Origin: Octopus sinensis
Lineage: Eukaryota
Length of the DNA stretch: 64,000 bases
Direction of reading: 5' to 3'
NCBI RefSeq assembly: GCF_006345805.1
Contig: NC_043001.1
Location: 73,718,001-73,782,000, forward strand
Position 1 is the first letter of the stretch. The number at the start of each line of letters is the position of its first letter. Shown piece by piece: positions 11,959 to 23,820 of the stretch. The position numbers and the translations under genes are program-made. The notes beneath the pieces were generated by a model. It worked only from the letters and a program-made list of their open reading frames with translations. It did no database searches and had not been told where the DNA came from.

Positions 11959-13199
11959 TTTATTGCTTGAGATTTATTTACATTGTAATTTGATTTCATT
12001 CTTTAAATGATGATCTGCAATGGATTCTTGAACAAATTTGGGCATTTTTGCTTCATAAAAGTTGAGATGAAAAGGTGCATAATTGGATAAAATGAAGAAC
12101 AGCTTCAAGCTATTTTAATGATAGACTTGTGGTTGTGAGGGAATTCTTTGAACAATTGGTAATTCATAACTAATATTTAACAACTGAGCCTAGACTAAGT
12201 GCTGAAATATCTAAAAGAATTTATGACTGCAGTAAATGATAGATTTTGATTATTGTGCAATTTCAAATTATTAAATAATTTTCTTAATGTCTGTTTTTCG
12301 CACTTTGGCATTAGACACACATTTCTCTTCCATTTTCTTTTTACTAGTGCTTATTCTGAAGTCAGCATTCATTATTTTTTTTCACATTTCTTTTTAATTT
12401 TTCTTTCTGTTCTTGTTATGCAACTCTTATCTTTCATATAGTATCTCCCTAATCTTCTCTGTTGCAAAAATTTTATGCTTTTGCTATTTTATATCTTATC
12501 CCCTTTGATCCTTAGTCTATCTTTTAGTTTCATATTTCATATCAAGTATATCAAATTTCTCTCAGTTTTGTTTTAGTTTTCATAAATATTTACTTGCTTC
12601 ACAGCCATACAAATGATATATTTCCGACATCAGCATCACAACTGTTTTCCTTTTGAAAACTTGTCAGCCTAGATACACCTCTTCTAGCTAGAAAACTTAT
12701 TCATACTCTTCTCAGTGACTTCTCATAATCTATTAGTTTGTTGGTGGAGAGAGCAGTTAACTTGATTTTACAGATTTTTTTTGACAACCTTTTAAGAATT
12801 AAAGTGTGATTTATTGGAAAATGATTGAAAGAGTTGATTAATACAGATTTCTGAGTTTTCAGTTTACAGACATTTTAAGATTTCTATTTTAGCTAATTCT
12901 TCATTTGTTTTCCTCCCCCACAAAATCATCAGGCTGCCATGGGTTGGATAGGTTATTACTGTCTAAGTTGATTCTTATTTGGAGTTACTTGACAGTCTGT
13001 GTAGCTCAGAGGTCAGGGTGTTTCTTCAAGTCAAGCTGCTACTTCTCTGCATTGAGGGGGTCATGTGTCTGGTACTAGGGATATGTGATTAGAATGTCAA
13101 GGAAAGGGTTGCAAGATGGATTCTTCCAACTGAGACTTCTACTTCTGTGACTCTGTCAGGAGTAGCAGGTAGAGAAAATGGATGGATGGTTACTGCCCT

Positions 13200-13700
13200 C
13201 CTGTATGGTTCAAAGGACCACATCTCATAAAGTCCATTTTAGACATGGTTTCTACAACTGGATATTCTTCCTAATACCAACCACTTTATGGAATATACTG
13301 CATAAGCTTCATATGGCACCAACACTAAAGAGGTTTTCATGTGTTCAAACAGACTAAAGGGGTCCTCTTGATCCTAAATTGTTTCTACTTGTTTGCTAAC
13401 AATTTTATAGAGTGTACTGGGTATGTTTTATCATTGCACCAGCACTAGTAAGGTTACCATAAAATAAAATAATGAGTCCTCTATTCTGTTACGCTTTTGC
13501 TCATTCAAAGCAATATGACCAAGAGGGTGAATGGTGTGTGTGTGTGTGTGTGTGTGTGCATGTATGTGTGTGTGTTATGTATATATAGAAAGAATGACAG
13601 AAGAGCTAAGGTTAGTGGGTAAAGGTAATTAGAGGATGATAGAAGAGAGAGTATTGGAAGCGGGATAGTAAAGATGGGACTGGTGGCTAGCAACACAAAA
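13200..13700 (-). mobile_element. RTE-tailed element with central (TG)n
   Basis: GGATATTCTTCCTAATACCAACCACTTT tail motif and a purine-rich body. Confidence 0.55.
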
Positions 13701-16078
13701 AGGAGAATGTTAGAGTATATTAAATATAAGCAAGTCAGATGGAATCCCTCATAAGTGTCTTGATATGAAAGAGAGAGAGAGAGAGGTAGAGATAACGATA
13801 ATGGTAGGTGCTGTCTTGAATATAGTCAAGCCCAATTCTGTTTCTTGTTCCAAAAGTGGCATGGTATAGTGATTAGCTCTCCACTGCCATCAGGCAGCAT
13901 TGTGTGTAGGTTAGATGTGTGATAGAGAGATGAGTAGTTATTAAAATGTCTAAAGCGTGCAATCACTCATACTCAAAAAAGCATAGCTGAGTTGACATTT
14001 CAAATATTGGTTTTAGCAAGAGCTATCTCATAAGAGAACCAAACCCAAGTCCAATAATAGAAGTGTAATGGACCTAAAGTTGAAAGCAAATATTTATTTT
14101 TTAAATAATCCATTTAGAATTATTTCTGAATATGAGCAGAAATAGTTGGGGAGCATCATAACCATGTGTTGAGAGGAATTCTTTGGGGTTTGAATAATCC
14201 ATCTGTGGAAACATGGGTGTTTCATTCAATATCCTTAAACCACCCTTACTTGGTCCCCACCTGCAAGGTCATGCGCTGTTTATCTTGATATGAGATTACC
14301 ATGTTGCGCACATATGATTGTGATGCATGAGCCTGGTGTATTAAATGGGTAATCATGATGGATATGTTGGGCTTCATGTAACCCCAGTGTTACTTTAATG
14401 GCACACACTGCTCTCTCAATAATAATAATAATAGATCATTTTAACATCTGCTTTTCTATGTTGTATGGGTCAGATGAGAAAATGTTTAGAGTTTTCTACA
14501 ACCAGATGCCCTTCCTAATGTCTGTGTACTCATATACACACATATACCCGTGTGTGTATACACAAGTTTTTGGTTACAATGAAAGACAGAATACTTAATA
14601 CACGTTGTGAAGTCATCTAGTGATGGAGACAAATTTTGAGCTTCATGCAGCAACCAACTGACCTTTACATTACCTGGTGGTCTGTGTGCAACTTTTGATG
14701 ATGCAGTAGGGAGCCAAAGCAAATCTGGTATAATCAATGATGGATCTAGATAATTGTATATGAGCATTAATTCTTAATGTTGGCCAAATGTGGTACCTGT
14801 GAGAAGTATGTGTTGTTTTGATTCCTCTCTACATGTTCTGTGAATGTTGTAGAGGTATTGTATGTAGTTATATCTATTTTTATCTTCAGTGTTTGTGTGT
14901 GTGTATAATATATTTATGTTCAGTGTGATGGCTGGCAGTTAGAATAGATGAACTGGTAGATCTGGTACTTCATTGGGGGAAATTACAGATTCTTTATATC
15001 TTTTCTTATTTATTTATTTATGTTTTGTTTTTGTTTGTCTTTGATTATTCACTACAAACTTTGGCAACATGAGGAATAGTTTGTTAGCCAGTGTTTTGTG
15101 TGGCTGAATGTAAATTGGTGGCAGGGAATGGAGTCAAAAGCTTTACTGACACCTATAGTAGTTACAGTAGTGCAAGTAGGGACTTTGTTGCTGCTGAAAC
15201 CATCATTATTCTTTGTGTCAAGGTTGTTGAATGTAGTGCTTTGAAATCATGTGAGTTGGGAGAACAATGTGTAGGTTTGTTATATTGAAGATGAGCCTTG
15301 AATTTTTGAGGGAGTGTCTTTGAAGGTGGTGAGTCTGTGTTGCTACTACTTTGGTTTAATTTTTGTTGGAGTTTATAATTAATGACAAGTAAAATAATTG
15401 TATATACTGGGCAATTGTCTGTTGGTCATTATGATACTATCTGTGGCTGAAGCTTTAGATCAAAGATTGGATTCCAAAGTCATTTAAGAAGTTGTTCTTC
15501 AACTTCTTCCATTGCTGCTCTTCCATGGTCTGCTATATCTATAGGTGCCACCATATCCATCCTTAATTTAAGACAGCACAGTGTGACTTGTGGGAAATTC
15601 ATCTGTTGTGTCTTGCAGGTCATGTACTTGCACAGAGACCTTCCTTCATTAACTCAAAGTAAACTTTGGTGTTATTGTGTTGTCAAAAACTGTTATGAAT
15701 TGTGTTTTAACCACAACAATCCTATTGCTTGTATTTCAGCTTTTGTTTAAGGGTATGATTTATGAGAGCTTTGGCTGCTATTTTCAAGAGATTGAGTGAC
15801 AACTAAATTGTGTGTGTGTTTCTGAAACCCTGACATGTATGAGTGTAAATGTGTATGGGGTATAGAAGTTTGTCACTGCTGCAATACATCTGTTATCTTG
15901 GCATAAATATATATATATATATATTGTACAATAATCTAAAACATGTAAAAGAAAGGTATAAATTGTATAAAAATACAAACCAATTATTTTATTAATTGCT
16001 TTTTAATTCTGAATTAGTTCTTTTACTTTACCAATTATTTACTGTATTTCATTAGGTGTGTGTGTATATATATATATA

Positions 16079-16780
16079 TAGGGAGAATTCACAAAAAAAC
16101 AAAAGTCGACAGGTGATATAGACAACAAACAGATGTATTAGTATAACGCTCAGGAAGTGAAAAAGTCTTTAACATTTCGAGCCTATGCTCTTCCTCAGAA
16201 AGGAACACGGAAAGAAACAAGCAGAGAAAATAAAGAAAGTGTAGTGGCTAGCGATCTATCATGGCGAATGCCGGACAGAAGGGTCACACAGGAGAGCTAG
16301 GGAGAAGGGAGATAATAAAGTAGTGGTGATCCCACAACGAAGGTGCGTGTGCGTGTGTATAAGAGAGTTTGTATGTGCGTGTGGAAGAGGGCTAGTGGTC
16401 TCGACATGTGCGTGTGTGTATGTGTAGGTGGTCAGTGCTGGTATATGCGTGGTGGTGTGTTGTGTAGTATGGTGTAGTGGTGTGTGGTGTGATTGTGTTG
16501 GGAGTGGGGGAGGTGAGAGTGGGGAAAGCAAGGGTAGGATGTGGGTTAGGCTGAAGGTGGAGGTAGAGGTGGGGTATGTGCATAGGCAGAGGGTGAGGGT
16601 AGAGGTGGGATATGTGGGAGTGGGTGTAAGGGATGGGGTGGGGTGGGATGGGCGAAGGATAGGGAAGGTAGGGGCGGAATGTGTAGGGGTGGGATGGGCT
16701 TACGAGAGAGGGGTGCCGATGAAGTGGGGATATGTATGTATATTTACGTTAGCAAAATATTCTCATTTTATGACATAAAA
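16079..16780 (-). mobile_element. Penelope-like element 3' (pLTR) fragment
   Basis: CpG-retaining block with a pyrimidine-rich low-complexity leader and a hammerhead-like core on the minus strand, ending at a (TA)n tract. Assignment rests on the known PLE-hammerhead association; no RT or GIY-YIG sequence was seen. Confidence 0.65.
16167..16202 (-). ncRNA. minimal type I hammerhead ribozyme motif (degenerate)
   Basis: Minus strand reads CTTT-CTGAGGA-A-GAGC atag GCTC-GAAA-T-GT-T-AAAG: stem I CTTT/AAAG, 4-bp stem II, GUU cleavage triplet. Stem III is ATGT (ACGT expected, so a CpG transition). Confidence 0.7.
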
Positions 16781-17789
16781 AATATTAAAAAAAAATTACA
16801 AGTTCATTCACAGAAAATCAAAATAGTTCAGTTGGATGAATGTTGTTTGGCTGAAAACTAAAGGTCTCATGTTCAAGCCTAGGTTTCAGCACGTTGAAAA
16901 GTTTCTTGAAATTATTACTAATCAAAATCTTTGCAGTTTGGTTGACTTAGGGAGAATGATAGAGGGGAAGTTTTACTAGTCACATATTTACATTTTGGCA
17001 TATAATCAGCATTATAATAATATTGTAATGTTCTAATTACAAAATATATGTTAAGGCTATTTATAGGTGTAGGTACAGGTGTGTAGTTAAGAAGTTGACT
17101 TCCCAACCATATGGGTCTCAGTTCAGTTCAACTGCATGGCACTTAGGGCAGATGTCTTCTACTATAGCCCCAGGTCAACTTAAGATAATGATGGCTGTAT
17201 GGTTGAGAAGGTTGCTTCACCACCACTGCTTTTAAATGCAGTCATGCTGAAAATTCACTCATCACCCTGGACAATGAATAAATTTGTATGAGAGCTGAGT
17301 GAGTGAATTTGGTAAACAGCAACTGTACTAAGCCCATTACACACACATACACATGATGTGTGTAAGAATGTGTGTGAATGTGGATATTTCACTTGTCACT
17401 GTTTAAATAATGTGGTGTTGATGTATGGTGACCTTCCTTGTTGGCATTATGACCAATTGTCCTGTGATTTCATAGACTCTGTAGAATATATGTCTGTAAA
17501 AGTCCTTTACTTGAAAAACAGGTGGGGGTTAGTGACAGGCAGAGTGCCAGCAGGAAAATCCTGCCTCAAAATCAATTCCTGTTCAATCTATGTCAGCAAG
17601 GAAAAAACTGATGTTAAATAAAATGAACAAGCAAAGACACATTTGTGGAGTAAGAGGAGGAGAGTGACGGAGAAATAATGAATGTTATATTAATAAAACT
17701 AATTGCTGTTTTTATCTATTTTTATTTATATTTTATTCTTTTATATTTGTCAATCATTTACTTGAATGATAAATAACAACAACAACAAT

Positions 17790-17980
17790 AATCCTTTCTA
17801 CTAGAGGCATAAAGCCTAAAATTTTGGGCGAGTCAATTATATCGACCTCAGTACTCAACTGGTACTTATTTTATCAACCCTGAAAGAATGAAAGGCAAAG
17901 TAGGCTCACAAAATTTGAACTCAGAATGTAAAGATGGAGAAAATGCAGCTAATCATTTTGAATAATGATGATGATAGCAA
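17790..17980 (-). mobile_element. SINE family A
   Basis: CTCAACTGGTACTTATTTTATCAACCCTGAAAGAATGAAAGGCAAAG. Confidence 0.8.
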
Positions 17981-18017
17981 TAATAATAATAATAATAATA
18001 ATAATATAATAATAATA

Positions 18018-18840
18018 GTTTCAGATTTTGGCACAAGGCCAGCAATTATAGGGGAAGAGTTAAGTTGATTACATTGACCCCATCGGTACTTTATTTTATT
18101 GACCCTGAAATGGTGAAGGGCAAAGTTGACCTTGACTGTATTCAAACTCAGAATATAAAGAGCTGGATGAAATGCTACTAAGCATTTTGTTTGATGAAGT
18201 GGCAATTCTGTCGGCTTATTATTAATAATCCTTCTATTGGCACAAGGCCTGAAATTTTGGGGGAGGGGACTAGTCGATTACATTGACCACAGTGCGTAAC
18301 TGGTACTTAATTTGTTGACCCTGAGAGGATGAAAAGTGAAGTCAACCGTAGCACAATTTGAACTCAGAACATAATGACAGGTGAATTATTATTATCAATA
18401 ATAATAATAATATAATAATAATAATAATATAATAATAATAGTTTCAGATTTTGGCACAAGGCCAGCAATTATAGGGGAAGAGTTAAGTTGATTACATTGA
18501 CCCCATCGGTACTTTATTTTATTGACCCTGAAATGGTGAAGGGCAAAGTTGACCTTGACTGTATTCAAACTCAGAATATAAAGAGCTGGATGAAATGCTA
18601 CTAAGCATTTTGTTTGATGAAGTGGCAATTCTGTCGGCTTATTATTAATAATCCTTCTATTGGCACAAGGCCTGAAATTTTGGGGGAGGGGACTAGTCGA
18701 TTACATTGACCACAGTGCGTAACTGGTACTTAATTTGTTGACCCTGAGAGGATGAAAAGTGAAGTCAACCGTAGCACAATTTGAACTCAGAACATAATGA
18801 CAGGTGAATTATTATTATCAATAATAATAATAATAATAAT
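18018..18840. repeat. perfect 423-bp tandem duplication; each unit holds two minus-strand family A SINEs plus (AAT)n
   Basis: GTTTCAGATTTTGGC occurs at 18018 and 18441, and AACTCAGAACATAATG at 18361 and 18784. No differences were seen by eye outside the AAT runs. Confidence 0.95.
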
Positions 18841-19630
18841 GTTTCCAGCCTTGTTTGTGTGTACCCTTGTCTTGACATCACATGATGGTTGTGAACAAGC
18901 ATCACAAGCAGTGTTTATTTTTCCACAAATTTCTCAGTTGTGGACCAAAATTGTATTGAAAGAAAAATTTGATTTGATGAAGATATCAAGTATAATCTGT
19001 TTCAAGACGTCACATTAGTTTCCATGCAATGAAACTAAAGTTTGAAGTAAGTCTCGTTGAAATTTAGAAGGGAAGTTTTACAGTTCTTGATGAAGACACC
19101 CTAGTGAAGTAAGTTTTTACTGTAAGGAATTTTATGGAGTAAATTTAGTTTGTCAGAAATGCTATGAGTTTATGTAATTTACCAAGACACCAAATTAGGT
19201 AAGAACTGAAAGTATTGGTTATCAAACAAAGATTTTATTGTAGTTTGACTTTATTAAAAATATGATTCATAATAACTTTCTGCCAGTCTAAATTACATCA
19301 CTATGTGTAAGAATTAAAACACAGGTTGTACCAATGTCTAAGATATTCTGCCATGACACTTTTGTATAGGAAAAAATGTATTGTTGACCTCTATTCATAT
19401 AATTGTCATCATCTTACTCAGCTTTAAACTAATGCTTAATTGTAGTCCATTTCTCGGTTAGTAGGTCTGAATTGAATATTATTTTCGTTTTGTGAAGGCT
19501 TGGTTGTTTCCTTTTTATCAATTTGTAAACTTTTAGCACACGAAACTGTTCCTTTTATATTGCAGACGTGATGCTATTTTCAATTTGTTGCTTTCGTCTC
19601 AATGGCTTTATTGTTTCCTTTCTCTGGCAC

Positions 19631-19960
19631 AAAATACTTGATATGTCTATATATATTCTTTTACTTGTTTCAGTCATTTGACTTTGGCCATGAACGGGTA
19701 CTACCCTGAAGGGTTTATTTAGCCAAGCAAGTTGATCCCAGTAGTTAGTTTTAAGTCTGCTGCTTATTCTACTGGTTTCTCTTTGCTGAACTGCTAAGTT
19801 TCAAAGATGTAAACAAACCAACACCACCTATCAAGCATTTGATGTGTGTGTGTGTGAATGGCGAGTAACACAAGTACACACACACACACACACATCTATC
19901 CATATATGTATGCATGCATATGTATGTATATGTGTGTATGTATGTGTATATATGTATAGT
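19631..19960 (-). mobile_element. CORE-type SINE 3' part
   Basis: CTTTTACTTGTTTCAGTCATTTGAC... is the reverse of the 11580 tail; ends in (CA)/(TA) repeats. Confidence 0.7.
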
Positions 19961-20645
19961 TTCTGGCTATCAGTACTGAACTGATAATCACATGGCTACA
20001 AAGTAAACTTTTTTAACAATGCAGCCATGTGAAATTAGTTCTTATTTTTTTTGTTTCTTTTTCAATAATTCCGTAACTGTGTGATTCTTTTAGCTTGTAT
20101 GATTAGACATATATCTTATTTGTCATCGATTAAGGACATATTTACATTCAGTTGTACAAATAAATCTATAAATTTGAGGCTTCATTGAAATTGCTGATTA
20201 GTACCTCTGATTCTTTCTGGACTTCCTAGACTGCTTTGTTGATGTACTTGACAATTGGTGTTTTTGCTTTTTCTATCTAGTTAATATAACAATGGGCTTT
20301 AGACTTTAGTACATAATTAATATTTTAATACAGAATTTACTGTCTTGCTTTTTGCTGTCGACCTTTTAAGAATGACACTTTTTTCTTCAGTGTTTTTTTT
20401 TTTATATTTTCGTTTCCTTTTTGGAAAACTATTGCCAAATTTAAAAATAAAGTGAGTATAGTCAACTATTGTTTATATCATTCTGATTTCATATATAATT
20501 CTAAGAAAGAATACTTTTCTTTCTATTGTTTAAAGAATGGAAGTGCATTTATGATTTCTCATGGAGTTAATTCTAAACACAATAAATATTAGTACTCTTT
20601 TCTATCAGTATTCATTCTTCATACATTTGAATAACTATTCCAATA

Positions 20646-21158
20646 TCTATATATATAAAACTGTAGTTGTGTGAGTGTCTGTCTCCTACAATTTAGATTC
20701 CTAACTCCTCCCACATTTTGCGGTGCAGTTTAACCAAATTCGGGTATCTTATAGTCGTGATTAATATCAAGCCCGTCTGGCTATTAGCGCGCGTCTACGA
20801 TGAGTCTACGATTTTAAAAATAATTTACCATTATTTTTTATTCCATTTTAATGCATAATTTTTCGTGTGTCGATGGCGGCGGAGTTGGCGTCCATGGTCA
20901 CACCTGCACCTGTTTGCTTCTCCCCCTTCTTCCCTCCCTCGTGAAGCTGTGGGGAAGGGAGTGTAAGGAAATCAACGTCGTAAAGCGTTGTCAAGGAGAC
21001 CAGCGTTCTTTTAGAACAACGACTTCATGGCTTGAAGACACCAAAACAGAAATGGCTAAGAAAGCCTGAATTGGCATCTATAAGGGAAGTAACTCTCTAA
21101 AAATGCTTATATAGTTATTTCCCTTACAAACCCGAGCAACGCCGGGCGATACTGCTAG
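20646..21158 (+). mobile_element. non-autonomous Helitron (513 bp)
   Basis: Starts A|TCTATATATATAAAA and ends CTAG|T, with no target duplication. Subterminal hairpin CCCG(A)GC-AAC-GC-CGGG at 21131-21146 lies 8 nt before CTAG. CpG-rich. Confidence 0.9.
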
Positions 21159-21948
21159 TTTATAATATATTTCTAACACATTTGTCCACTCTGTAAGGTT
21201 GTTGGTAAAAACCATGTCAAAACAGACAGTGAAGCCCGGTGCAGTCTTCTGGTTTGCCAGCTCCTGACAAACTGTCCAACCCATGCCAGCATGGAAAACA
21301 GATGTTAAATGATGATGATGAGTGAAAGCTTCATTCCAAAGAATGGATCTTTACAATGTTTAGTAAATAATACTGTTAAATGACCAGTTATTAGTTTCCA
21401 ATATTTAAACTAAAATTCCTTCAAATTTGGTTGAGTCAGCAGAAAGAAGATCTCACAGGTTATGGAGCAAGAAAGAGAAGTTATGCTGGAAGCCAGGAGG
21501 AGATGAGCAGTGAGATGGCCACCTCTGGTGCCCCCCAATAGGAGGGTGTTATGATTCAGGGTAGAAACACCCAATGATCATTTGATACTGTCTGATGATA
21601 TCAATACCTCCTGGTTAAACCCTAATTTACCAAAAATCAGTGCTGAAGAAGCATCTTCTTTTAAATGTTATTAATATCATAGTGCTGGTTAATTAACAAA
21701 TTCTATATTAAAAATGGAGGATCCTCTATTTTTCGTTATTTCTATTGATTTAATTTTGTAGTTTATATTATGCTCTGGACCACACTAACTTCATAAGATT
21801 ATCATGTTTCTGGCTATTAACCTCATCTTTGCCAGTGAGAGTTTTAATGTTTATATCTGTACTATGTTTTGATTAGATGGATTTAAATTAGGAACTGTTA
21901 TTTTTAAACTAAGGATTATACACTCATACACTCAATATAAACAATTAA

Positions 21949-22146
21949 CCCTTTAGCATTCAGGTTTCTTTATCAGATGTATTGCTTATTTATTTACATT
22001 GTTTTGAATTAATCACATTATTTTGTGGTTTCAAAATTTTAATGTTCTGCTTGTATATTTTTAGTAGGTTAGGTGTGAGAGGTTGGGTATGATCATTTTT
22101 AACATAAAACAAATAGACTACTTGGGTTAGATATAGCTGGATTAAA
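21949..22146. mobile_element. piggyBac-like MITE, family 1 (right end decayed)
   Basis: TTAA|CCCTTTAGCATTCAG and a body homologous to 3777-3995. Confidence 0.7.
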
Positions 22147-23426
22147 GATTGGCTCTGAATATTTTTTTAAAACTAAGTGTTATATACTTGGAAAGTGTAA
22201 TGGTGGTTGCTTCTGAGGGAAGGAACCCTTTGGAAGAGGTACCAGAAGACTCTACCTCTGTGACTCTTCCAGGAACAGTGGGAAACAAAAATGGATGGAT
22301 TATACACTCTTATACATTGGGCCATAGTGCATGTACAATTAAAGTTACATTTTTACGTTATGCTTATCCTTTAATAAAGGCAGCTATATTGAACTGGCAG
22401 CCATATTGAACTGATGTCAGCACTGGACTTACTTATTGGGTTATCAATGTTTTATATGTTTCCTTTTTTGTTTTTTTTTAATTTCTTTTTTTATTAAGTT
22501 TTCGCGGTGGTTCTGTATTCTAGAAATTTCATCTCATAGCAAAATATGATTTCCTCTATCACTCCATGGATATTCATGTTATAGACATTTATTCTCTCTT
22601 TAAGGTTTTCCAATGCTCTATAAGAACTTCTTCAAATATGTGGAATGTTGTAGATACAGTTTTTATGTATTTAGAGCATTATTACCCTTGGTTTAGAAAT
22701 GAAGGATTCTTGTTCAAATCTAATTTGGTTCTATGTGTATATTTAAAAATAAGATATCTGATGATAGTTGGAAATGAAACTAATCGAAATGTAACCTAGA
22801 TGTAAATGATAAAAAAAAAAAATCATCTCTAAAAATGAGGTTAGGAATTTGAGAAATGATCATCTTATTAACAACTCATCTCAGGCATTTAATCAACTAA
22901 ACTACATACCTTCACATGAGCTTCTTCACTAAAATACCATTTTCCTGTTATTGTCACTTTCTATATATAAATGATTAAATGATCTACTGAAAGCTTCATT
23001 TGTTTTTCTCTAAACAATTTAGTATTCATTTCTATCCACATTCGCCACCCCCTACTTAAATGCTGAAATTAAGTGTAAAAAAATAAAATGAAATGAAATT
23101 TATTTATTTCAGAATTTCTAATTAAAGCTTAAAGGTATAAAATTTTCATGAATTAAAATTTATTTCAATCAAAATAATTTTCATATCTTGTAATTGGTAT
23201 ATTTATATATATATAAATTATAATTAACTATTCATCATCAATAAAATTTAATATTGTTGAATTTTCAGCATTTGTATTAAATCATATTAAAATTTTATTT
23301 TGTTTAGATTTTGAAATCACTTGTGTTATTCATCAATAGATATATATATATATTTAATATTTTATTTTGTGAATTGTTAGTTTGATGACTTTATATGCCT
23401 TTCTTCATTTCTTTTCTATACAAAAG

Positions 23427-23471
23427 CAAGCGTACCAGTGTCGGCCGAAAGTCCAGTTTCAGGGGCCTAAG
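23427..23471 (+). other. candidate short exon (first exon or microexon) in a CpG-retaining island
   Basis: Pyrimidine tract upstream, donor AAG|GTAATG, 45 nt (33 nt if the CAG at 23436-23438 is used). Frames KRTSVGRKSSFRGL and QAYQCRPKVQFQGPK are open. Confidence 0.25.
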
Positions 23472-23789
23472 GTAATGCAAATGCACAGCTGCCTTTATGT
23501 GCAATGGACGGTTATTGATAGCTTACATTCAGCTTCTTTGAATATCTAAGGAATGGTCTCTAGTCTTTAACATGCTGGGTTAGAGAGTTAGATTCCATCA
23601 AGCTTAAGGAAGTTATTTCCTAGGAATGTTAAGCTGAAATGCAACCCTCCATTGACTAAGCAATCGTGGTTCATATTGCAATTTTCACTCAAAGCAACTT
23701 CGTGCAAGCTGTTCATTTTAAAGTTCGAGCATGCCTTATAGTTGATTCAATAGCTTCGATCATTTTTTAACTCATATTTATATATATAT

Positions 23790-23820
<31 letters not shown>

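Noticed and set aside
11960-11972. 13-nt match to the 5' end of miR-137 (TTATTGCTTGAGA)
   Set aside because: The match stops there, there is no precursor hairpin, and it sits at a SINE tail junction.
14600-15700. Non-SINE sequence that looks like old retroelement DNA (also 39060-39440)
   Set aside because: No translatable diagnostic motif was found by eye.
16428-16778. 116-aa Gly/Val-rich ORF
   Set aside because: It is the antisense of the low-complexity leader of the Penelope-like fragment.
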